This document shows positions 41,901 to 53,200 of a stretch of DNA of 64,000 nucleotides, in pieces (positions within the stretch are counted from its first letter, which is position 1; each line of letters begins with the position of its first letter). The translations under genes were made by a program, and so were the position numbers. This DNA comes from Podarcis pityusensis. Taxonomy: Eukaryota. The notes under the pieces are model-generated. The model did not search any database. It was not told the DNA's origin and was given only the letters and a program-made list of their open reading frames with translations. Where the stretch lies: the NCBI GenBank assembly GCA_964106645.2, contig OZ067038.1; one strand, given 5' to 3'.

Positions 41901-44188
41901 AAAATTTCTGTTTAACACAAACTTAAGCTTTGATTTTACTTGGCATTTTCTAAAATATGTACTTGAACTTGCTAACAGAACCAGCAATTGAACGGCATCT
42001 GCGTGACACTTCACTCAAGGAAGGCTTTACGTGCTCTTTCGTCTGCCAGTTTTCTGTTCCAAATGCAAAATCCCAGTGGTTCAGAAATGGAAAGGCTCTT
42101 AAGATAGGAGGTAGATATTCAGCTGAAGTCTCAGAGAAGATGCACAGGCTCATTATTAAGGATGTGCGAACAGAAGACCAGGGGCGCTATACCTGCAGGT
42201 TTGACCATCTAGAAACAACTGCTGACCTAACCATTGAAGGTTTGTATATGCACATCTTTATGTAAGAATAAGCAAGTTTGGGGGTAATCTTGACAAATAA
42301 GACAGAAAAGACAATGCTGGGAAATCCTCTGTTTGAAGAAAATTCTGCTATACTTCTTCCCTCACCGCCCAAGATATCAGTCATGCTGTCATTGTACACA
42401 TTCTTATCTCAGCTTATTTCTCTTTGAACATTCTTATAGCTTGACTTTACAATGGGAGGGGTTTTTCCACCCCATTTCATCTTTTGGCACTTTTATGCTG
42501 AGGTTTTTACGATGATCGCAGCCCTTTCCATTGTTACCTGGCTTCTCTTGCTTCTGACACAGCGCTGTGCCAACTATCTTAAGTTTCGGATCTACTTCCA
42601 GTATACGAACTCGCTGTCATGGAATGCCGAATGCTCAGTTCTTTGTATAACTTTCTTTGTTTTTTGGTGGAGTCGTGTATGTAGGCAAAGCTTCATGTAA
42701 AGGAATAATGGTTACATTTTCAAAAAATTGTTTCCAAAAACAGCTGAACCCATCCAGTTTACAAAGACCATTCAGAACATAGTGGTGAGCGAATACCAAT
42801 CTGCAACCTTTGAGTGCGAGGTATCCTTTGATGATGCAGTCGTCACATGGTATAAAGGCAAAGTTGAACTCAGGGAGAGTCAAAAGTACAGTTTCAGAAG
42901 TGAAGGCCGTTGCCATTATATGACTATCCACAACGTTACTGCAGATGATGAAGGTAATGTTACACTATTTGCTTCCTTCCCTTGCTGTCGTCCCCCGTCC
43001 CGTCCCCCCGTTGCTGACAAAAATGATGTCACATAACAAATTGCCTTTGTGATTTCAGGGGTGTATTCTGTAATTGCTCGTCTGGAGCCAAGAGGTGAAG
43101 CAAGAAGCACTGCTGAACTTTATCTGACTACTAAAGGTTAGTAAATGCTTTCTTCAACTTAAAAAGCAACAACACAGGACGTAAGATGGAAGGGTGGACA
43201 TGATGTCCGCGAAGTGGAAATAATTTCAAATGCAAATCTGCTTTCTTCTCTTGCAGAAATTAAACTGGAAGTGAAGCCCCCAGGTAAAGAAAAAAAGCAT
43301 GGATGCATTTGTCTCAAGTTTTATTTTTGTATTTGAAACACCAGAGTGCCCACACATGATGAGGTTCTCTGCCTGTACATTTCCCCTTCCACCCTACCCC
43401 TCTGGGTTGGATGCCAGTGTGGCGCCTCCCCAGACTTTCAGCAATGGCCTCTGGATGTTTCTAGATGGGGGGTGGGGCTAAAAATCCCCTGGTACATGCA
43501 CAAAAGCCTGCAGCCTTCATACTAAAGTTAGTTTCAGTGAGCATAGGCTATTTGTTCTTGTGTGTTCCAAGTAGGACAATTAAAGGGTTGGAGCCAAACT
43601 TAGTTGCTTGCAAATGAAAGCCACCCTTCTATCCTGAAAATACCTCATCCTTTCTTCCATTTTTGAAGGCCTCCTAACCCCCTGGAACAGATTTTAAGAG
43701 GGTGCAAGGGACTGCAGAGGGAAGGCGGAATTGGCAAAAGTCATCCTCTTTCCTTCCGCCGGAGTTCTGCTCCCACTAGCAGGATGCTCCTGTCAGTGGG
43801 TGAAACATCTGGATCTAAGCCAAATGGAATATTTAGAATGGCTTTTTCATAAAGGCAAATGACTTAAGAGTCATCTTCTAACTGAACCAGGACAGTCCAT
43901 TCCATTCCAGGACACACTATTCTTTTCCTCCTGGTTTTTAATTTCTTCCCCCCTCCACAAAAGTCAGCAAGCGTGCTGTGGCCCCTTTTCATTCCTTATT
44001 GTGCTGTGCTTGGTTCCCGTGCTTTGGAAATAAGTTTTTGCACTTCTGCAAACTTCATGACAGATGGGAACCTTTGGCCCTCCAGAAGTTGCTCAACAAG
44101 CATGGCCAGTGGGAGTTGTTGTTCAGCAATATAAGGAGGGCCAAAGTTTCCCCATACCTGCCTTAAGAGATTTCCAAAGCTTTGGGTA

Positions 44189-44219
<31 letters not shown>

Positions 44220-47200
44220 GTGTCACTTAAGCTGCATAAGGATCCACACTTCGAGAATGAGTTTCTTATTTGTATACGGGATGCAGCCAGATTAATCTGA
44301 TGGTCCCTTTCCTTGCACATTTGGTTCTCCAGATATCCCAGATGCTAGAGTTGCAGTTCCTGTTGAAGTTCCAGCTGAAGGTAAGCCTTATATACAAAAG
44401 ATTCCGCTGTTAAGGGTGGGAGAGCAGGTGGTTTAGAATTTGTGTGCCATATGAATGTTCATTGATTGAATTTTCCCTTGCGTTTATCAGAAACTCCTGC
44501 TCTTCCTCTCTTCCTTCTTATGCCAGAAGAGAAGAAAAAGGAAAAAGGTATTACAGTTCTGTTGCATACATGCTCAGAAATGCAGATCTTTACATGCACT
44601 TTCACTTGCTGCTGGGTTCATTTTGGGTGGCTAATGGCTTTATCTATTTTGTACTTGTTTTAGTCGTTAAAAAGACAACCGTGCAGAAAGTCACCAAAAA
44701 GGTGGTTCCAAAAGCTCCAGAAGAAGTTGCCCCTCCTAAAGGTACTATCATACTAGAAGTGTTGATTCAAATACTATAAAATTGATTTATAAGGAACATA
44801 TGTTAACCAGTGTAGATTAAGGCATAATCACAGCAAAGGAAGGGGGGGAAACCATCTTCCTCTCATTCTAAAATCTTTAGGAGTTTTCACATGTTACTAC
44901 AAATGCATAAGTTCAGGAACATCTTCTATATCTGCAAACATGTGTAGGCTCTCTTCATGCAATAGGGTCCAGTACTATTTGGTTATTAAGACACAGCTCC
45001 AGCTTATGTCACAGAGCAGCCATATGCATGTCTACTCAGATGTCTATTCAGCCAATGGGACTTACAGTCGACAATCTGCCCTCACTTATCTGGGAGTAAG
45101 AATTCAATAGGGTTTACACTGGAGTGTTCCTGGTTAGGACTGCATTGTAAGGGCAGGATTCCACTCATGAGTCCTGTCAGTGGAAGACCTGCAAGGGGAC
45201 TTCCACTTGCACAATGGGGCTTCCCCTCTCCCTGTGTGCCCCCTTTCCCCATGAAACTGGTTCGGGGGAGGGGGGAATCAAGACAACCCTCAGAACAGCA
45301 ACAGTGGGAAGAGAGGGGGGTCATTCTGTCTGGCAAGTCAAAATGTTTCCCCTGGTGGAACAGTTGTCCTAGCATGACATTGAATTCCTCCCTAGCTGTG
45401 GATGGCTTTAAAAGAGTATTAGGCAAATTAATGGAGGGGAAGACTGCCAGTGGCTACTAGCCATGTGGAGAGCCAGTGTGGTGTAGTGGTTAAGAGCGGT
45501 AGTCTCGTAATCTGGGGAACCGGGTTCGCGTCTCCGCTCCTCCACATGCAGCTGCTGGGTGACCTTGGGCCAGTCACTCTTCTCTGAAGTCTCTCAGCCC
45601 CACTCACCTCACAGAGTGTTTGTTGTTGTTTTTTAAAAAAAAGATATTTATTAAAGTTTCAAAATGTTACAAAAATAAAAAGAAGAGAAAAAAGAAAAAA
45701 AGGAAAAAGAAAATACAAGTACAGAAAAATAAAAACAGTTAAAAACAAATCAATCTTTCCATATCTTATCTTTCATTTACTTGTTTCCCAGACCTCCTCA
45801 CACCTCCCTTTTTTGTATTCCAGTTCAATTAGTTAATTCAGCAAATCCTTTCCCTCTTTATTTTTATCTTAATCCTTTATCTTAATATATTATAACTTTA
45901 GATTATCACCTGTTAACAATCCATTTTTACATTTTCCTTTATAACATTGCTGCTAAAAACCACTTAACTTCATTCCGACATCATTCTAACATTCATTAAT
46001 TTTGCAGTATTTCTGTAAATAGTCTTTAAATTTCTTCCAATCTTCTTCCACCGACTCTTCTCCCTGGTCTCGGATTCTGCCGGCTCACAGAGTGTTTGTT
46101 GTGGGGGAGGAAGGGAAAGGAGAATGTTAGCCGCTTTGAGACTCCTTAAAGGGAGTGAAAGGCAGGATATCAAATCCAAACTACTCTTCTTCTTCTTCTT
46201 CTTCTTTGTCTTCTTCTTCTTCTTCTTCTTCTTCTTCTTCTTCTTCTCTACTCCACTTCTCCCACAGTTGGAGGCTGGCGCCGCAGCAAAAGGCTGCTGA
46301 ACACGCCCCCTCCGAGGCACCTGGTTGGGTGCCTGCAGAGGGGCGTGGGCGCCAGCCAGGTGAGGTGGAGGCAGGGGACTCCAGGGGCGGTGCTCGGGCT
46401 CCCGCCCACAACCACTCCCCTCTCTTCCAGGGAGGAGAGTCTTTAGCAATATTTGTTCCTGAGATTTGTTCCTCTCCCATTTGTCTTTAAATGTTAACGA
46501 GAATGCCGTGCATCTTAACAATACAAACCGAATACAATACAAATCTCAGTCCAGTTTCACCTGACTGATGTTAATGAGACCAGATGAAATTAAATCCAAA
46601 GGCTAGCTCATGATGCTCAATCAAGCCGCTTAGCAGACATATCTGTAAATGTTTCAGAAGTGGCAAAGGAACCAGAACCCCCATCTTCGGCCCTAGTCCC
46701 AGTTCCAAAAGTACAGGAAATTATTCCAACAGAAGGTAAAGAATCAAATACTGAAATGCGCATACTAAGAAAACAATCTTTTATGGGGAGAATGGCACCC
46801 ACTCCCCATCTTTTATTGCTTGGGCCATTTAAAATGTGGCGCTGTCATTCTTCATTTTCCCTTCAGTCATCCTAACATCATTATTCATGCAAAGGTCATC
46901 CCTTTACAGGATTTTCCAGATAATACTAATTTGATCTCTTTCTTCAATGTTTACTTCAGGAGCTTGCTGCAGATAAGCCGGGGGATTTAACTATCAGTTG
47001 ACTAGAATACCCACTGAAATACTGATAGTTTATTAAAAGGACTTTGAAAAGACAGTAGGTAGAATTAAAGCAGAATAGCTTTTGATCTAGTGGAGGTGTG
47101 TACTAGCACAAGAGATTAGGAGGCAGTTTTTTCATTAGTTTTTTCTCCTTGCAGCCCCCTTTGCCACCTGCCACACTGTTCCAGAGTGAAACCTCTTGAA

Positions 47201-50200
47201 CTGATTTTCTGGGGACACAAGGGGCTGCAGCAGAAAATGGAGGAGAGGGTTCAGCAAAAAAATCTCCTCTCCTTCTCTTATATCAGTGGACACTTCCATG
47301 CAGAATTGTATTTCATAGGGTTGGAGGAGACATTCAATTTTGTTTCCGTTTTAATGACAAACTAACTAGTTCACACTTTTTGATCCAATAGCCAAACTGA
47401 AATGCAGCTGTCCTTTGAAATTCACACTCCTTCAAATTTTGTGATGTAGTTCTCCAAGCATAAATTTGTATACTAGGGGCAAGTGCGCATGAAAATGCAT
47501 CAAATAGTCGAAACACTTCATTATATTAGGGGAAAATACTTGCAAAAATATGTATATTAGTCAAAACTGNNNNNNNNNNNNNNNNNNNNNNNNNNNNNNN
47601 NNNNNNNNNNNNNNNNNNNNNNNNNNNNNNNNNNNNNNNNNNNNNNNNNNNNNNNNNNNNNNNNNNNNNNNNNNNNNNNNNNNNNNNNNNNNNNNNNNNN
47701 NNNNNNNNNNNNNNNNNNNNNNNNNNNNNNNNNNNNNNNNNNNNNNNNNNNNNNNNNNNNNNNNNNNNNGAGGAATCTGTGGTTCTCGAGATGTTGGTGT
47801 ATTCCATATCCTATCAGCCCCAGTCAGCATAGCCATTTGGCAAGGATGATATCTGGAGAGTCACAGCTTCCCCACCACTGCACTATATGATTAATTTCCA
47901 ATACCTCTCATTTCACTGTTCTTTGGAGGGGGAAGAGAGCTCAAATGTGGTTGGAAAAGCTGCTGTTCCTTTTTTTCTATCAAATTTTGCTTTCTTGCAG
48001 CAATATACTTGCAGAAAATATTTCAATTTTTTTAAAAAAAATAATTTTTATTTGATTTTACAAGTGCAAAGGTAAAGGGTAAAGGGACCCCTGACTGTTA
48101 AGTCCAGTCGCGAACGACTCTGGGGTTGCAGCGCTCATCTCGGTTTATTGGCCGAGGGAGCCGGCATTACAGCTTCCGGGTCATGTGGCCAGCATGACTA
48201 AGCCGCTTCTGGCGAACCAGAGCAGTGCACAGAAACACTGTTTACCTTCCCACCAGAGCGGTACCTATTTATCTACTTGCACTTTGACATGCTTTCGAAC
48301 TGCTAGGTTGGCAGGAGCAGGGACGGAGCAATGGGAGCTCACCCCGTCGCGGGGATTCGAACCGCCAACCTTCTGATAAGCAAGTCCTAGGCTCTGTTTA
48401 ACCCACAGCGCCACCCGCATCCCTTTACAAGTGTAGAATTATAACAATACAAAATACATATGCATATTTAGAGATTTTTCCAAATCTTCCCACCTTCCCC
48501 TCCTTGGGTCCTATTATCAGCCTTTTCAACTGCATATTATTTCATCGTCCAAATTTTATGTCTCTCCATTTTGTCCATAATATTTTCAACATTACAAGTG
48601 TTATTGCAATCCTGCTAAAGTTTTCATCTGCTTACAGTGGTCTCTCAAGTAAATTACTTTTTTTTTTCTCATTCTTTATTAAAGTTTTGGTCCTCTTGGT
48701 CCTGAGCTTTTTGGTCAGTTTTGCCATTTCGGCATAATCCAACAGCAGAAAATATTTCAAATGGATGTTCATCCAATCTAAATCTGCCTGTACCTTGCCT
48801 TACAGGTCATATTAAAAAATAAGCATATTCTTTTGCAGATGGAACAATGCTTCACTGCTTAAGCAAATTGTGGCCAGTGTTGATTTCTATTTGGGCCAAG
48901 AATACACAACTGCTAACATTCCCTGCACTCTTTTTCTTTCTCAATTATACAATCCTTGATGTTTATGAAGCAGGTGTAAGGTAATGTTCTCTAATATAAA
49001 TGTAATGTATGTTACAGTTGTCCAGGTCCCAGGAAAGCCAGAACCACCTACGCGGAAACCACCAGAGATTTCAGCCAAGAAAGTAGAGAAGAAAGTTGTG
49101 GTAGAAAAAGGTATGGCCTTTAGAATTTTAGTATCAAAACATTTCCCACTGCAGCAAGCCCTATTCAGATTCTCACAGTCCTATTTTCTTTCCTTTTCTT
49201 TCCTTTTTAAAAAGTGCCTATTCCTATTATATTCTTAAGATAACTTCTGTGTAAAATGAACCAATTTCCAGCTAATGTGAAATTATTTAAATTCCCTGTA
49301 GTTACACGGAAACCTGTAACCGAAGAGGTGGAAAGAAAGGCTAAAGTGATGGAGGAAGAACATCTCAAACGGGCCAGAGGTATTACTGAAGATGATATAA
49401 ATTGCATGTGCATTTGCATCAATTTCATATCCATGAAATACATGAAACTGCCTTAACAGGTCAGCCTGTTTTGTTCATCTGATCCAGTGTACTGTTTCCT
49501 CTGGCTAGCACTGGTCTCCATGACAGATGCCTTTCGTGTTATCTGCACCCTGTCCCTTTTAACTGGAGAGGCCAGGGACTTCACCTTGGACCTCCTTCTT
49601 GCAAACTAGGTGCCCAGCTACTAGCAGAGGGAAGGAAGTAGTGATGGGGAAGCAAATGGAGATGAGTTGTCCATTAAAAGCAAGAGGTTATAGTTAAGAG
49701 TTATGGGGTTTTCCCCAACCCCCTGGAGCAGATTTGGGGGAGAGACATAGGAAAGCATGAGGAGACAAGGGGACTACTGCTATGCATATTGAAGTCCTTG
49801 CACGAACAGAATGACTTATTTGGATACAACCCTTTGCTATGTATTGATTTGGTCTTTTGTAAATTGTATCCCACGAGTGATGCAAAAATGCAAGTGCATA
49901 TGCAGTGTGAGGTTACATTTTCTGCATGTAATCTTAGCCTAGAAGGCTTGGGACTAACTATTTATATCCTTTAAGCTCCAGAAGCTCCACCACCAAAACC
50001 TGCACGAAAGGTGGTCCATGAAGAAGTGGTAGAGAGAAAAGGTACAAAACACATTTTTATTTTTTCAGCATTTATATGTAATCCCTGATCCGAATATTTC
50101 CATAATGTATGCATGCAGGCCCACATGTTCACTCTGTGCTGACCTGCAGTGATTGCTGGTTTTTATTAACCCATTGTGTTGTTCCCACTTCACAGTCACA

Positions 50201-53200
50201 CATGGCATTCTCTTTCTCTATGCAGGAATGGTGACCATGCCTTGAGAAATCCCCAGATCCCCATACACTTACCACAATTCTGTTTTTCTACTTCCCATAT
50301 CACAACACTCCAAAACACACCAACTCCCAAAGCATGCTAGTGCCTCTTTTGTTTCTCCTTAAGGCTCCTTAAAGCCATCTGTTTTGACTCCGGTCCTGTT
50401 GTTGTCCTTGATCTGAGTTTGCCATTAGAGGAAGAAATGGTAGTTCTCATCACTATAGGGTGTGTGTGCTTTAAATGAACGTGGGGGAACAGGGTTCTCT
50501 TAAGTCCTGTGGGGTTTCTACAACACCTAGGCACCGAGTCTATATTGGTGCAGAATTCTTGCTTTTTGGTTTCTTTCTTTAATATCTTCTACATTCATCT
50601 AATTTACACTATATGTTACCATTTAATACAACAAGAGAGTGTCCACTCTCTTGTTATTCTTATGTCTGCTTTTCTTTGGAAACGGGGCTTTTGTACATTC
50701 TCTTTGCACACAAAAATGGTTTGGACTGCTTGAAAATGCTTTTTATGCTTTATGGTCTCAATTGTTACCTGTTTATGATTTTTGTTTCTCTTTATTGCTG
50801 TGGCACATCCACCCTAATGGTGTAATTTTGAGCTGTGGTGCTGAGTTCGCTAAATGTAGTATGTGGCGTTATACAGCTTCCATAAGGATAGATTCATTGT
50901 CTACCAAATCTTTAATTTAAAAAACACTAAAGTGAATTCTTGCTTTTTAAAGTACCAACAGAACAACAATGGACCATTTCAGAAGAAAAGGTGTCTGTTT
51001 CGTATCACAGAGAAGAAGAATATACATACGGTTCAGGTAACTATAAATATCTTTCCTCACTTCTTTTTCTCCTTGCTGTCTTGTCTCGTGTGAAAATGGC
51101 GCCTTTTAAATTTGTCCCGATACAATGGTATCTTATGGATGTGGGACCTCTCTGCATTCTCCTACTCTCCTACTCAGAATTCTTACATTCTTTTTTACTT
51201 GATGATAGAGTAACAAGTGAGGATCTGCTCCCTATACTGAACTGCATGGGGCAATACTCATGCACAAGAGTTTTGTGAGCACATGGGAGTGCAAAGATTG
51301 CTTAGGATTGATGGAATAGACAAAGTCTGTTTGCTGTTGCATTTCTTAGTTGTCATTTTGTGTACCAATCCAGTATTATCTAAAACAGAGTGAAAGTACA
51401 GTTTTTACATCTTACAATTTTCTTTAAAGAACCAGAAGAGTATGAAGAGGACAGCTTCTATGTGGAATATCCAACTGAAGGTAGATTCGCTCTTTTTCCA
51501 AATCAGTTTTATCTTGTTTTGTACTATGCGAGTTCATCTAAACTGTTAACTGTTGAAATGTGTAGCTGTCATTGTATACCGTTTTTGATACTTCCCTGGG
51601 TTTGGGCATGTCTTTATCACTATTCAGATAACGGATCCATATGTTGGGTGGTGGGACTTAAGATCATGCCCGGAATTGTTGCTCCCAGATTTGCAAGCAC
51701 TGTGGGGAAAGAGCCTAAGCACATACAATTTGTACACACCTAGACTCCATACGAAAGATCAGATGGACACTTAGAGGTGTGGATAGCAGGAGCAATTTTT
51801 TCTTCCACCAATTCATCCATCATCTTAATAGGTCTACATGTAGCATTTCAGTATTATCTAAAATGGAGGGTAAATGTAACTTTTTAATCTCATAATTCTC
51901 TTTAAAGAACCAGATGAGTACGATGAGGAAAGGTTCTATGTGGAAGCACCTGAAGTTCCACCTCCCAAAGGTAGATTATATTATTATTAATATTATTATT
52001 ACTACTACAATTTTAGTATGTGAGTTTATTTAAACCAGGGTTTCCCAAACTTAGGTCTCCAGCTGTTTTTGGACTATAATTCCCATCAACCATGACCACT
52101 GGTCCTGCTAGCTAGGGATTATGGGATTATGACAGCTGGAGACCCAAGTTTTGGGAAACCCTGGTTTAAACTCTTATCCATTAAGAACTTGATATCTGCA
52201 GTTATTTTATATTTTGTTGATCAGATTTGGGTGCTTATGTATGTTTACATGTGTCACAAAAGCCTGTAAGTTTTTAAAAATATAATGTGAGGGTGGCTCT
52301 GACGACCACTATCATCTGATTAACCCAAAATTAATATCTTTAAAGTTCCTGAGGTGAAGAAGAGAGCAGAAGAAAAAGTTCCCAAGGAAGTGGAGGCCCC
52401 GCCGGCTAAAGGTGAATAATATATGTGCAATAATAACAATATCTCAGACAGGTCTCTTGCCTGCGTATCTTCTAGATGATTGATAAACACACAGCCAAAA
52501 ATGTGGCTGTGCTACTGCATCAGAAAGACACCTTTACAACTAAGATCCTACATAATAAACCTTATACGCAAGTTTAATCTTCAACAGCCATAACTGTCTT
52601 TGTTAAATAGATACATGGTTTTAAATCCACGCTGGCATTTCAAACATTTTCTTCACTGCTATGAACTGTAGGCCTGTAGCGCTTCCCTAAACCTTTTATA
52701 CCTGTGTGTCTTTAAAGTGCCTGAGGTGCCAAAGAAACCAGTCCCAGAAAAGAAAAAACCTGCTCCTCCTCCAAAAGTAGAGGCTCCGCCAGCTAAAGGT
52801 ACATCCATTGTCAGAGATGATCCCACCATCTTGCTTATCTGAACTCTTCTCCACGCTCTAAAATGTGTCCATCCATGTGTTACTTAAGTGGCTTTGTGGT
52901 CTTTTTCTGCAAGCAAAGTGTGTATAATATACATGTACTTTAGTGATGGCCCAATATTCATTTGCTAAATTTTGCTTTGTAATGTAATGGATGCTTACTC
53001 CTTCCTGGGTGGGTGCCTGTTGTGGTCCCTCATGCTCAGTTGCCATCCCTGGGCAGTGAGAACAGAGCGCACATGGCCAGGCAGCCATTGGGGTAATCCC
53101 CCCTAGCTGTCTGGGCATCTGGCTTGTGTTCCCGCTGGCTGCTGCATTTCAAATTGGCCAATCAGTGGCCTCTCCCGGCTGAGAGGGCATTGGCTGCACA

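Noticed and set aside
4849-43036. Dozens of 80-260 aa + strand ORFs that look like separate small Ig genes
   Set aside because: Each is a TTN exon plus intronic read-through; splice sites and phases join them into one protein.
45467-45545. tRNA-like A/B boxes (also in the Sauria SINE heads)
   Set aside because: SINE heads continuous with SINE bodies and tails; no intact cloverleaf seen.
45970-46542. ORFs with poly-K, poly-S or poly-E runs (also 28920-29435 poly-R)
   Set aside because: Translations of (TTC)n microsatellites and TE sequence.
47526-47849. ORFs containing X runs
   Set aside because: Artefacts of the N gap.
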